A DNA stretch of 64,000 bases from the human T2T-CHM13v2.0 reference genome, Homo sapiens. Shown here one piece after another: positions 15,501 through 30,100 of the stretch. The position numbers and the translations under genes were made by a program. The stretch lies in NCBI RefSeq assembly GCF_009914755.1, contig NC_060925.1; one strand, 5' to 3'. Position 1 is the first letter of the stretch. Every line of letters begins with the position of its first letter. The notes beneath the pieces were generated by a model. The model worked only from the letters and a program-made list of their open reading frames with translations, did no database searches and had not been told where the DNA came from.

Positions 15501-17819
15501 TGGAATCGCATGGAATCATCATCAAATGGAATCGAATGGAATCATCATCAAATGGAATCTAATGGAATCATTGAAAAGAATTGAATGGAATCATCATCGA
15601 ATGAATTGAATGCAATCATCGAATGGTCTCGAATGGAATCATCTTCTAATGGAAAGGAATGGAATCATCGCATAGAATCGAATGGAATTAACATTGAATG
15701 GACTCGAATGGAATCCACATCAAACGGAATCAAGCGGAATTATCGAATGGAATCGAAGAGAATCATCGAATGGACTCGAATGGAATCATCTAATGGAATG
15801 GAATGGAATAATCCACGGACTCGAATGCAATCATCATCGTATAGAATCGAATGGAATCATCGAATGGACTCGAATGGAATAATCATTGAACGGAATCAAA
15901 TGGAATCATCATCGGATGGAAACGAATGGAATCATCATCGAATGGAAATGAAAAGAGTCATCATCTAATGGAATCGCATGGAATCATCATAAAATGGAAT
16001 CGAATGGAATCAACATCAAATGGAATCAAATGGAATCATTGAACGGAATTGAATGGAATCGTCAACGAATGAATTGAATGCAATCATCGAATGGTCTCGA
16101 ATGGAATCATCTTCAAATGGAATGGAATGGAATCATCGCATAGAATCGAATGGAATTATCATCGAATGGAATCGAATGGAATCAACATCAAACGGAAAAA
16201 TCGGAATTATCGTATGGAATCGAAGAGAATCATCGAATGGACCCGAATGGAATCATCTAATGGAGTGGAATGGAATAATCCACGGACTCGAATGCAATCA
16301 TCATCGAATGGAATCGAATGGAATCATCGAATGGACTCGAATGGAATAATCATCGAACGGAATCGAATGGAGTCATCATCGGATGGAAATGAATGGAATC
16401 ATCATCGAATGGAATCGAATAGAATTATGGAATGAAATCCAGTGTGATCATCATCGAATGGACCCGAATGGAATCATCATCCAACGGAAGCTAATGGAAT
16501 CAACATCGAATGAATCGAATGGAAACACCATCGAATTGAAACGAATGGAATTATCATGAAATTGAAATGGATGGACTCATCATCGAATGGATTCGAATGG
16601 AATCATCGAATAAAATTGATTGAAATCATCAACAAATGGAATCGAATGGTATCATTGAATGGAATCTAATGGAATCATCATCAGATGGAAATGAATGGAA
16701 TCGTCATAGAATGGAATCGAATGGATTCATTGAATGGAATCAGATGGAATCATCGAATGGACTGGAATGGAATCATTGAATGGACTCGAAAGGATTCATT
16801 ATTGAATGCAATTGAATGGAATCATCGAATGGTCTCGATTGGAATCATTATCAAATGGAATCGAATGGAATCACCGAATAGAATCGAATGGAACAATCAT
16901 CGAATGGACTCAAATGGAATTATCCTCCAATGGAATCGAATGGAAATATCGAATGCAATCGAATGGAATTATCGAATGCAATCGAATAGAATCATCGAAT
17001 GGACTCGAATGGAATCATCGAATGGAATGGAATGGAACAGTCAATGAACTCGAATGGAATCATCATTGAATGGAATCGAATGTAATCATCGAGTGGAATC
17101 GAATGGAATTATGATCAAATGGAATCGAATGTAATCATCATCAAATGGAATCAAAAATAACCATCATCAATTGGTATTCAATGGAATTGTCATCAAATGG
17201 AATTCAAAGGTATCATCACCAAATGGAACCGAATGGAATCCTCATTGAATGGAAATGAAAGGGGTCATCATCTAATGGAATCGCATGGAATCATCATCAA
17301 ATGGAATCGAATGGAATCATCATCAAATGGAATCCAATGGAATCATTGAACAGAATTGAATGGAATCGTCATCGAATGAATTGAATGCAATCATCGAATG
17401 GTCTCAAATGGAATCATCTTCTAATGGAAAGGAATGGAATCATCGCATAGAATCGAATGGAATTAACATTGAATGGACTCGCATGGAATCCACATCAAAC
17501 GGAATCAAGCGGAATTATCGAATGGAATCAAAGAGAATCATCGAATGGACTCGAATGGAATCATCTAATGGAATGGAATGGAATAATCCACGGACTCGAA
17601 TGCAATCATCATCGTATAGAATCGAATGGAATCATTGAATGGACTCGAATGGAATAATCATTGAACGGAATCAAATGGAATCATCATCGGATGGAAACGA
17701 ATGGAATCATCATCGAATGGAAAAGAAAAGAGTCATCATCTAATGGAATTGCATGGAATCATCATAAAATTGAATCGAATGGAATCAATATCAAATGGAA
17801 TCAAATGGAATCATTGAAC

Positions 17820-20800
17820 GGAATTGAATAGAATCGTCATCGAATGAAATGAATGCAATCATCGAATGGTCTCGAATGGAATCATCTTCTAATGGAAAGT
17901 AATGGAATCATCGCATAGAATCGAATGGAATTAAAATTGAATGGACTCGAATGGAATCAACATCAAACGGAAAGAAACGGAATTATCGAATGGAATCGAA
18001 GAGAATCATCGAATGGACCCGAATGGAATCATCTAATGGAATGGAATGGAATAATCCATGGACTCGAATGCAATCATCATCGAATGGAATCGAATGGAAT
18101 CATCGAATGGACTCGAATGGAATAATCATTGAACGGAATCGAATGGAATCATCATCGGATGGAAAAGAATGGAATCATCATCGAATGGAAATGAAAGGAG
18201 TCATCATCTAATGGAATTGCATGGAATCATCATAAAATGGAATCGAATGGAATCAACATCAAATGGAATCCAATGGAATCATTGAACGGAATTGAATGGA
18301 ATCGTCATCGAATCAATTGAATGCAATCATCGAATGGTCTCGAATGGAATCATGTTCAAATGGAATGGAATGGAATCATCGCATAGAATCGAATGTAATT
18401 ATCATCGAATGGAATCGAATGAAATCAACAACAAACGGAAAAAAAAGGAATTATCGAATGGAATCAAAGAGAATCATCGAATGGACCCGAATGGAATCAT
18501 CTAATGGAATGGAATGGAATAATCCATGGACTCGAATGCAATCATCATCGAATGGAATCGAATGGAATCATCGAATGGACTCGAATGGAATAATCATAGA
18601 ACGGAATCGAATGGAATCATCATCGGATGGAAATGAATGGAATCAGCATCGAATGGAATCGAATAGAATTATGGAATGAAATCCAGTGTGATCATCATCG
18701 AATGCACCCGAATGGAATCATCATCCAAAGGAATCTAATGGAAACAACATCGAATGAATCGAATGGAAACACCATCGAATTGAAACGAGTGGAATTATCA
18801 TGAAATTGAAATGGATGGACTCATCATCGAATGGATTCGAATGGAATCATCGAATAAAATTGATTGAAATCATCATCAAATGGAATCGAATGGTATCATT
18901 GAATGGAATCGAATGGAATCATCATCAGATGGAAATGAATGGAATCGTCATAGAATGGAATCGAATGGATTCATTGAATGGAATCAGATGGAATCATCGA
19001 ATGGACTGGAATGGAATCATTGAATGGACTCGAGAGGGATCATTATTGAATGGAATTGAATGGAATCATGGAATGGTCTCGATTGGAATCATTATCAAAT
19101 GGAATCGAATGGAATCACCAAATAGAATCGAATGGAACAATCATCGAATGGACTCCAATGGAATTATCCTCAAATGGAATCGAATGGAATTATCGAATGC
19201 AATCGAATGGAATTATCGAATGCAATCGAATAGAATCATCGAATGGACTCGAATGGAATCATCGAATGGAATGGAATGGAACAGTCAATGAACTCGAATG
19301 GAATCATCATTGAATGGAATCGAATGGAATCATTGAGTGGAATCGAATGGAATTATGATCAAATGGAATCGAATGTAATCATCATCAAATGGAATCAAAG
19401 ATAACCATCATCAATTGGTATTGAATGGAATTGTCATCAAATGGAATTCAAAGGAATCATCACCAAATGGAACCGAAAGGAATCCTCATTGAATGGAAAT
19501 GAAAGGGGTCATCATCTAATGGAATCGCATGGAATCATCATCAAATGGAATCGAATGGAATCATCATCAGATGGAATCTAATGGAATCATTGAACAGAAT
19601 TGAATGGAATCGTCATCGAATGAATTGAATGCAATCATCGAATGGTCTCGAACGGAATCATCTTCTAATGGAAAGGAATGGAATCATCGCATAGAACCGA
19701 ATGGAATTAACATTGAATGGACTCGAATGGAATCAACATCAAACGGAATCAAGCGGAATTATCGAATGGAATCGAAGAGAATCATCGAATGGACCCGAAT
19801 GGAATCATCTAATGGAATGGAATGGAATAATCCACGGATTCGAATGCAATCATCATCGTATAGAATCGAATGGAATCATCGAAAGGACTCGAAAGGAATA
19901 ATCATTGAACGGAATCGAATGGAATCATCATCGGATGGAAACGAATGGAATCATCATCGAATGGAAATGAAAGGAGTCATCATCTAATGGAATTGCATGG
20001 AATCATCATAAAATGGAATCGAATGGAATCAACATCAAATGGAATCAAATGGAATCATTGAACGGAATTGAATGGAATCGTCATCGTATGAATTGAATGC
20101 AATCATCGAATGGTCTCGAATGGAATCATCTTCTAATGGAAAGGAATGGAATCATTGCATAGAATCGAATGGAATTAACATTGAATGGACTCGAATGGAA
20201 TCAACATCAAATGGAATCAAGCGGAATTATCGAATGAAATCGAAGAGAATCATCGAATGGACTCGAATGGAATCATCTAATGGAATGGAATGGAATAATC
20301 CACGGACTCGAATGCAATCATCATCGTATAGAATCGAATGGAATCATCGAATGGACTCGAATGGAATAACCATTGAACGGAATCGAATGGAATCATCATC
20401 GGATGGAAACGAATGGAATCATCATCGAATGGAAATGTAAGGAGTCATCATCTAATGGAATTGCATGGAATCATCATAAAATGGAATCGAATGGAATCAT
20501 CATCAAATGGAATCAAATGGAATCATTGAACGGAATTGAATGGAATCGTCATCGAATGAATTGAATGCAATCATCGAATGGTCTCGAATGGAATCATCTT
20601 CAAATGGAATGGAATGGAATCATCGCATAGAATCGAATGGAATTATCATCGAATGGAATCGAATGGTATCAACATCAAACGGAAAAAAACGGAATTATCG
20701 AATGGAATCGAAGAGAATCATCGAACGGACCCGCATGGAATCATCTAATGGAATGGAATGGAATAATCCATGGACTCGAATGCAATCATCATCGAATGGA

Positions 20801-21950
20801 ATCGAATGGAATCATTGAATGGACTCGAATGGAATAATCATTGAACGGAATCGAATGGAATCATCATCGGATGGAAATGAATGGAATCATCATCGAATGG
20901 AATTGAATAGAATTATGGAATGAAATCCAGTGTGATCATCATCGAATGGACCCGAATGGAATCATCATCCAACGGAAGCTAATGGAATCAACATCGAATG
21001 AATCGAATGGAAACACCATCGAATTGAAACGAATGGAATTATCATGAAATTGAAATGGATGGACTCATCATCGAATGGATTCGAATGGAATCATCGAATA
21101 AAATTGATTGAAATCATCATCGAATGGAATCGAATGGTATCATTGAATGGAATCGAATGGAATCATCATCAGATGGAAATGAATGGAATCGTCATAGAAT
21201 GGAATCGAATGGATTCATTGAATAGAATCAGATGGAATCATCGAATGGACTGGAATGGAATCATTGAATGGACTCGAAAGGGATCATGATTGAATGGAAT
21301 TGAATGGAATCATCGAATGGTCTCGATTGGAATCATTATCAAATGGAATCGAATGGAATCACCGAATAGAATCGAATGGAACAATCATCGAATGGACTCA
21401 AATGGAATTATCCTCCAATGGAATCGAATGGAATTATCGAATGCAATCGAATGGAATTATCGAATGCAATCGAATAGAATCATCGAAAGGACTCGAATGG
21501 AATCATCGAAAGGAATGGAATGGAACAGTCAATGAACTCGAATGGAATCATCATTGAATGGAATCGAATGGAATCATCGAGTGGAATCGAATGGAATTAT
21601 GATCAAATGGAATCGAATGTAAGCATCATCAAATGGAATCAAAAATAACCATCATCAATTGGTATTGAATGGAATTGTCATCAAATGGAATTCAAAGGAA
21701 TCATCATCAAATGGAACCGAATGGAATCCTCATTGAATGGAAATGAAAGGGGTCATCATCTAATGGAATCGCATGGAATCATCATCAAATGGAATCGAAT
21801 GGAATCATCATCAAATGGAATCTAATGGAATCATTGAAAAGAATTGAATGGAATCATCATCGAATGAATTGAATGCAATCATCGAATGGTCTCGAATGGA
21901 ATCATCTTCTAATGGAAAGGAATGGAATCATCGCATAGAATCGAATGGAA
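17820..21950 (+). repeat. Near-identical copy of ~11560-15690 (offset 6263)
   Basis: ORF pairs 11662/17925, 12537/18800, 13341/19604, 14277/20540 and 14781/21044. Shared variants include TAGAACCGAA, GAAATGTAAGG and ATGTAAGCATC. Confidence 0.9.
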
Positions 21951-22315
21951 TTATCATCGAATGGAATCGAATGGTATGAACACCAAACGGAAAAAAACGG
22001 AATTATCGAATGGAATCGAAGAGAATCTTCGAACGGACCCGAATGGAATCATCTAATGGAATGGAATGGAATAATCCATGGACTCGAATGCAATCATCAT
22101 CGAATGGAATCGAATGGAATCATCGAATGGACTCGAATGGAATAATCATTGAACGGAATCGAATGGAATCATCATCGGATGGAAATGTATGGAATCATCA
22201 TCGAATGGAAATGAAAGGAGTCATCATCTAATGGAATTGCATGGAATCATCATAAAATGGAATCGAATGGAATCAACATCAAATGGAATCCAATGGAATC
22301 ATTGAACGGAATTGA

Positions 22316-22783
22316 ATGGAATCGTCATCGAATGAATTGAATGCAATCATCGAATGGTCTCGAATGGAATCATCTTCAAATGGAATGGAATGGAATCATC
22401 GCATAGAATCGAATGGAATTATCATCGAATGGAATCGAATGGAATCAACATCAAACGGAAAAAAACGGAATTATCGAATGGAATCGAAGAGAATCATCGA
22501 ACGGACCCGAATGGAATCATCTAATGGAATGGAATGGAATAATCCATGGACTCGAATGCAATCATCATCGAATGGAATCGAATGGAGTCATCGAATGGAC
22601 TCGAATGGAATAATCATTGAACGGAATCGAATGGAATCATCATCGGATGGAAACGAATGGAATCATCATTGAATGGAAATGAAAGGAGTCATCATCTAAT
22701 GGAATTGCATGGAATCATCATAAAATGGAATCGAATGGAATCAACATCAAATGGAATCAAATGGAATCATTGAACGGAATTGA
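22316..22783 (+). repeat. Representative 468-bp sub-repeat (variable-copy module)
   Basis: ATGGAATCGTCATCGAATGAATTG starts at 22316, 22784 and 23252. Internal markers include ACGGAAAAAAACGG, GAAGAGAATC, AATAATCCATGG and ATGAAAGGAGTC. Confidence 0.92.
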
Positions 22784-25700
22784 ATGGAATCGTCATCGAA
22801 TGAATTGAATGCAATCATCGAATGGTCTCGAATGGAATCATCTTCAAATGGAATGGAATGGAATCATCGCATAGAATCGAATGGAATTATCATCGAATGG
22901 AATCGAATGGAATCAACATCAAACGGAAAAAAACGGAATTATCGAATAGAATCGAAGAGAATCATCGAACGGACCCGAATGGAATCATCTAATGGAATGG
23001 AATGGAATAATCCATGGACTGGAAGGCAATCATCATCGAATGGAATCGAATGGAATCATCGAATGGACTCGAATGGAATAATCATTGAACGGAATCGAAT
23101 GGAATCATCATCGGATGGAAACGAATGGAATCATCATCGAATGGAAATGAAAGGAGTCATCATCTAATGGAATTGCATGGAATCATCATAAAATGGAATC
23201 GAATGGAATCAACATCAAATGGAATCAAATGGAATCATTGAACGGAATTGAATGGAATCGTCATCGAATGAATTGAATGCAATCATCGAATGGTCTCGAA
23301 TGGAATCATCTTCAAATGGAATGGAATGGAATCATCGCATAGAATCGAATGGAATTATCATCGAATGGAATCGAATGGAATCAACATCAAACGGAAAAAA
23401 ACGGAATTATCGAATGGAATCGAAGAGAATCATCGAATGGACCCGAATGGAATCATCTAATGGAATGGAATGGAATAATCCATGGACTCGAATGCAATCA
23501 TCATCGAATGGAATCGAATGGAATCATCGAGTGGACTCGAATGGAATAATCATTGAACGGAATCGAATGGCATCATCATCGGATGGAAATGAATGGAATC
23601 ATCATCGAATGGAATCGAATAGAATTATGGAATGAAATCCAGTGTGATCATCATCGAATGGACCCGAATGGAATCATCATCCAACGGAAGCTAATGGAAT
23701 CAACATCGAATGAATCAAATGGAAACACCATCGAATTGAAACGAATGGAATTACCATGAAATTGAAATGGATGGACTCATCATCGAATGGATTCGAAAGG
23801 AATCATCGAATAAAATTGATTGAAATCATCATCGAATGGAATCGAATGGTATCATTGAATGGAATCGAATGGAATCATCATCAGATGGAAATGAATGGAA
23901 TCGTCATAGAATGGAATCGAATGGATTCATTGAATGGAATCAGATGGAATCATCGAATGGACTGGAATGGAATCATTGAATGGACTCGAAAGGGATCATT
24001 ATTGAAAGGAATTGAATGGAGTCATCGAATGGTCTCGATTGGAATCATTATGAAATGGAATCGAATGGAATCACGGAATAGAATCGGATGGAACAATCAT
24101 CGAATGGACTCAAATGGAATTATCCTCAAATGGAATGGAATGGAATTATCGAATGCAATCGAATGGAATCATCGAATGCAATCGAATAGAATCATCGAAT
24201 GGACTCGAATGGAATCATCGAATGGAATGGAATGGAACAGTCAATGAACTCGAATGGAATCATCATTGAATGGAATCGAATGCAATCATCGAGTGGAATC
24301 GAATGGAATTATGATCAAATGGAATCGAATGTAATCATCATCAAATGGAATCAAAAATAACCATCATCAATTGGTATTGAATAGAATTGTCATCAAATGG
24401 AATTCAAAGGAATCATCATCAAATGGAACCGAATGGAATCCTCATTGAATGGAAATGAAAGGGGTCATCATCTAATGGAATCACATGGAATCATCGTCAA
24501 ATGGAATCGAATGGAATCATCATCAAATGGAATCTGATGGAATCATTGAACAGAATTGAATGGAATGGTCATCGAATGAATTGAATGCAATCATCGAATG
24601 GTCTCGAATGGAATCATCTTCTAATGGAAAGGAATGGAATCATCGCATAGAATCGAATGGAATTATCATCGAATGGAATCGAATGGTATCAACATCAAAC
24701 GGAAAAAAACGGAATTATCAAATGGAATCGAAGAGAATCTTCGAACGGACCCGAATGGAATCATCTAATGGAATGGAATGGAATAATCCATGGACTGGAA
24801 GGAAATCATCATCGAATGGAATCGAATGGAATCATCGAATGGACTCGAATGGAATAATCATTGAACGGAATCGAATGGAATCATCATCGGATGGAAACGA
24901 ATGGAATCATCATCGAATGGAAATGAAAGGAGTCATCATCTAATGGAATTGCATGGAATCATCATAAAATGGAATTGAATGGAATCAACATCAAATGGAA
25001 TCAAATGGAATCATTGAACGGAATTGAATGGAATCGTCATCGAATGAATTGAATGCAATCATCGAATGGTCTCGAATGGAATCATCTTCAAATGGAATGG
25101 AATGGAATCATCGCATAGAATCGAATGGAATTATCATCGAATGGAATCGAATGGAGTCAACATCAAACGGAAAAAAACGGAATTATCGAATGGAATCGAA
25201 GAGAATCATCGAATGGACCCGAATGGAATCATCTAATGGAATGGAATGGAATAATCCATGGACTCGAATGCAATCATCATCGAATGGAATCGAATGGAAT
25301 CATCGAATGGACTCGAATGGAATAATCATTGAACGGAATCGAATGGAATCATCATCGGATGGAAACGAATGGAATCATCATCGAATGGAAATGAAAGGAG
25401 TCATCATCTAATGGAATTGCATGGAATCATCATAAAATGGAATCGAATGGAATCAACATCAAATGGAATCAAATGGAATCATTGAACGGAATTGAATGGA
25501 ATCGTCATCGAATGAATTGAATGCAATCATCGAATGGTCTCGAATGGAATCATCTTCAAATGGAATGGAATGGAATCATCGCATAGAATCGAATGGAATT
25601 ATCATCGAATGGAATCGAATGGAATCAACATCAAACGGAAAAAAACGGAATTATCGAATGGAATCGAAGAGAATCATCGAATGGACCCGAATGGAATCAT

Positions 25701-27549
25701 CTAATGGAATGGAATGGAATAATCCATGGACTCGAATGCAATCATCATCGAATGGAATCGAATGGAATCATCGAATGGACTCGAATGGAATAATCATTGA
25801 ACGGAATCGAATGGAATCATCATCGGATGGAAATGAATGGAATCATCATCGAATGGAATCGAATAGAATTATGGAATGAAATCCAGTGTGATCATCATCG
25901 AATGGACCCGATTGGAATCATCATCCAACGGAAGCTAATGGAATCAACATCGAATGAATCAAATGGAAACACCATCGAATTGAAACGAATGGAATTACCA
26001 TGAAATTGAAATGGTGGACTCATCATCGAATGGATTCGAATGGAATCATCGAATAAAATTGATTGAAATCATCATCAAATGGAATCGAATGGTATCATTG
26101 AATGGAATCGAATGGAATCATCATCAGATGGAAATGAATGGAATCGTCATAGAATGGAATCGAATGGATTCATTGAATGGAATCAGATGGAATCATCGAA
26201 TGGACTGGAATGGAATCATTGAATGGACCCGAAAGGGATCATGATTGAATGGAATTGAATGCAATCATCGAATGGTCTCGATTGGAATCATTATCAAATG
26301 GAATCGAATGGAATCACCGAATAGAATCGAATGGAACAATCATCGAATGGACTCAAATGGAATTATCCTCAAATGCAATGGAATGGAATTATCGAATGCA
26401 ATCGAATGGAATTATCGAATGCAATCGAATGGAATTATTGAATGCAATCGAATAGAATCATCGAATGGACTCGAATGGATTCATCGAATGGAATGGAATG
26501 GAACAGTCAATGAACTCGAATGGAATCATCATTGAATGGAATCGAAAGGAATCATCGAGTGGAATCGAATGGAATTATGATCAAATGGAATCGAATGTAA
26601 TCATCATCAAATGGAATCAAAAATAACCATCATCAATTGGTATTGAATGGAATTGTCATCAAATGGAATTCAAAGGAAACATCATAAAATGGAACCGAAT
26701 GGAATCCTCATTGAATGGAAATGAAAGGGGTCATCATCTAATGGAATCGCATGGAATCATCATCAAATGGAATCGAATGGAATCATCATCAAATGGAATC
26801 TGATGGAATCATTGAACAGAATTGAATGGAATCGTCATGGAATGAATTGAATGCAATCATCGAATGGTCTCGAATGGAATCATCTTCTAATGGAAAGGAA
26901 TGGAATCATCGCATAAAATCGAATGGAATTATCATCGAATGGAATCGAATGGTATCAACATCAAACGGAATAAAACGGAATTATCAAATGGAATCGAAGA
27001 GAATCTTCGAACGGACCCGAATGGAATCATCTAATGGAATGGAATGGAATAATCCATGGACTGGAAGGCAATCATCATCGAATGGAATCGAATGGAATCA
27101 TGGAATGGACTCGAATGGAATAATAATTGAACGGAATCGAATGGAATCATCATCGGATGGAAACGAATGGAATCATCATCGAATGGAAATGAAAGGAGTC
27201 ATCATCTAATGGAATTGCATGGAATCATCATAAAATGGAATCGAATGGAATCAACATCAAATGCAATCAAATAGAATCATTGAACGGAATTGAATGGAAT
27301 CGTCATCGAATGAATTGAATGCAATCATTGAATGGTCTCGAATGGAATCATCTTCAAATGGAATGGAATGGAATCATCGCATAGAATCGAATGGAATTAT
27401 CATCGAATGGAATCTAATGGAGTCAACATCAAACGGAAAGAAACGGAATTATCGAATGGAATCGAAGAGAATCATCGAATGGACCCGAATGGAATCATCT
27501 AATGGAATGGAATGGAATAATCCATGGACTCGAATGCAATCATCATCGA

Positions 27550-30100
27550 ATGGAATCGAATGGAATCATCGAGTGGACTCGAATGGAATAATCATTGAAC
27601 GGAATCGAATGGCATCATCATCGGATGGAAATGAATGGAATCATCATCGAATGGAATCGAATAGAATTATGGAATGAAATCCAGTGTGATCATCATCGAA
27701 TGGACCCGAATGGAATCATCATCCAACGGAAGCTAATGGAATCAACATCGAATGAATCAAATGGAAACACCATCGAATTGAAACGAATGGAATTACCATG
27801 AAATTGAAATGGATGGACTCATCATCGAATGGATTCGAAAGGAATCATCGAATAAAATTGATTGAAATCATCATCGAATGGAATCGAATGGTATCATTGA
27901 ATGGAATCGAATGGAATCATCATCAGATGGAAATGAATGGAATCGTCATAGAATGGAATCGAATGGATTCATTGAATGGAATCAGATGGAATCATCGAAT
28001 GGACTGGAATGGAATCATTGAATGGACTCGAAAGGGATCATTATTGAATGGAATTGAATGGAGTCATCGAATGGTCTCGATTGGAATCATTATGAAATGG
28101 AATCGAATGGAATCACCGAATAGAATCGAATGGAACAATCATCGAATGGACTCAAATGGAATTATCCTCAAATGGAATGGAATGGAATTATCGAATGCAA
28201 TCGAATGGAATTATCGAATGCAATCGAATAGAATCATCGAATGGACTCGAATGGAATCATCGAATGGAATGGAATGGAACAGTCAATGAACTCGAATGGA
28301 ATCATCATTGAATGGAATCGAATGCAATCATCGAGTGGAATCGAATGGAATTATGATCAAATGGAATCGAATGTAATCATCATCAAATGGAATCAAAAAT
28401 AACCATCATCAATTGGTATTGAATAGAATTGTCATCAAATGGAATTCAAAGGAATCATCATCAAATGGAACCGAATGGAATCCTCATTGAATGGAAATGA
28501 AAGGGGTCATCATCTAATGGAATCACATGGAATCATCGTCAAATGGAATCGAATGGAATCATCATCAAATGGAATCTGATGGAATCATTGAACAGAATTG
28601 AATGGAATGGTCATCGAATGAATTGAATGCAATCATCGAATGGTCTCGAATGGAATCATCTTCTAATGGAAAGGAATGGAATCATCGCATAGAATCGAAT
28701 GGAATTATCATCGAATGGAATCGAATGGTATCAACATCAAACGGAAAAAAACGGAATTATCAAATGGAATCGAAGAGAATCTTCGAACGGACCCGAATGG
28801 AATCATCTAATGGAATGGAATGGAATAATCCATGGACTGGAAGGCAATCATCATCGAATGGAATCGAATGGAATCATCGAATGGACTCGAATGGAATAAT
28901 CATTGAACGGAATCGAATGGAATCATCATCGGATGGAAACGAATGGAATCATCATCGAATGGAAATGAAAGGAGTCATCATCTAATGGAATTGCATGGAA
29001 TCATCATAAAATGGAATCGAATGGAATCAACATCAAATGGAATCAAATGGAATCATTGAACGGAATTGAATGGAATCGTCATCGAATGAATTGAATGCAA
29101 TCATCGAATGGTCTCGAATGGAATCATCTTCAAATGGAATGGAATGGAATCATCGCATAGAATCGAATGGAATTATCATCGAATGGAATCGAATGGAGTC
29201 AACATCAAACGGAAAAAAACGGAATTATCGAATGGAATCGAAGAGAATCATCGAATGGACCCGAATGGAATCATCTAATGGAATGGAATGGAATAATCCA
29301 TGGACTCGAATGCAATCATCATCGAATGGAATCGAATGGAATCATCGAATGGACTCGAATGGAATAATCATTGAACGGAATCGAATGGAATCATCATCGG
29401 ATGGAAACGAATGGAATCATCATCGAATGGAAATGAAAGGAGTCATCATCTAATGGAATTGCATGGAATCATCATAAAATGGAATCGAATGGAATCAACA
29501 TCAAATGGAATCAAATGGAATCATTGAACGGAATTGAATGGAATCGTCATCGAATGAATTGAATGCAATCATCGAATGGTCTCGAATGGAATCATCTTCA
29601 AATGGAATGGAATGGAATCATCGCATAGAATCGAATGGAATTATCATCGAATGGAATCGAATGGAGTCAACATCAAACGGAAAAAAACGGAATTATCGAA
29701 TGGAATCGAAGAGAATCATCGAATGGACCCGAATGGAATCATCTAATGGAATGGAATGGAATAATCCATGGACTCGAATGCAATCATCATCGAATGGAAT
29801 CGAATGGAATCATCGAATGGACTCGAATGGAATAATCATTGAACGGAATCGAATGGAATCATCATCGGATGGAAATGAATGGAATCATCATCGAATGGAA
29901 TCGAATAGAATTATGGAATGAAATCCAGTGTGATCATCATCGAATGGACCCGATTGGAATCATCATCCAACGGAAGCTAATGGAATCAACATCGAATGAA
30001 TCAAATGGAAACACCATCGAATTGAAACGAATGGAATTACCATGAAATTGAAATGGTGGACTCATCATCGAATGGATTCGAATGGAATCATCGAATAAAA
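27550..30100 (+). repeat. Near-identical copy of ~23500-26060 (offset 4042)
   Basis: ORF pairs 23756/27798, 24560/28602, 25028/29070 and 26011/30053. Shared variants include TGGCATCATC, GATTCGAAAGG, GAATGGTCATC and the 1-bp deletion AAATGGTGGAC. Confidence 0.88.

Noticed and set aside
23750-23760. ATTACCATG variant as a Kozak gain
   Set aside because: It is a single T>C change in B-domain units; the -3 A is already present in the common allele, and nothing suggests translation.
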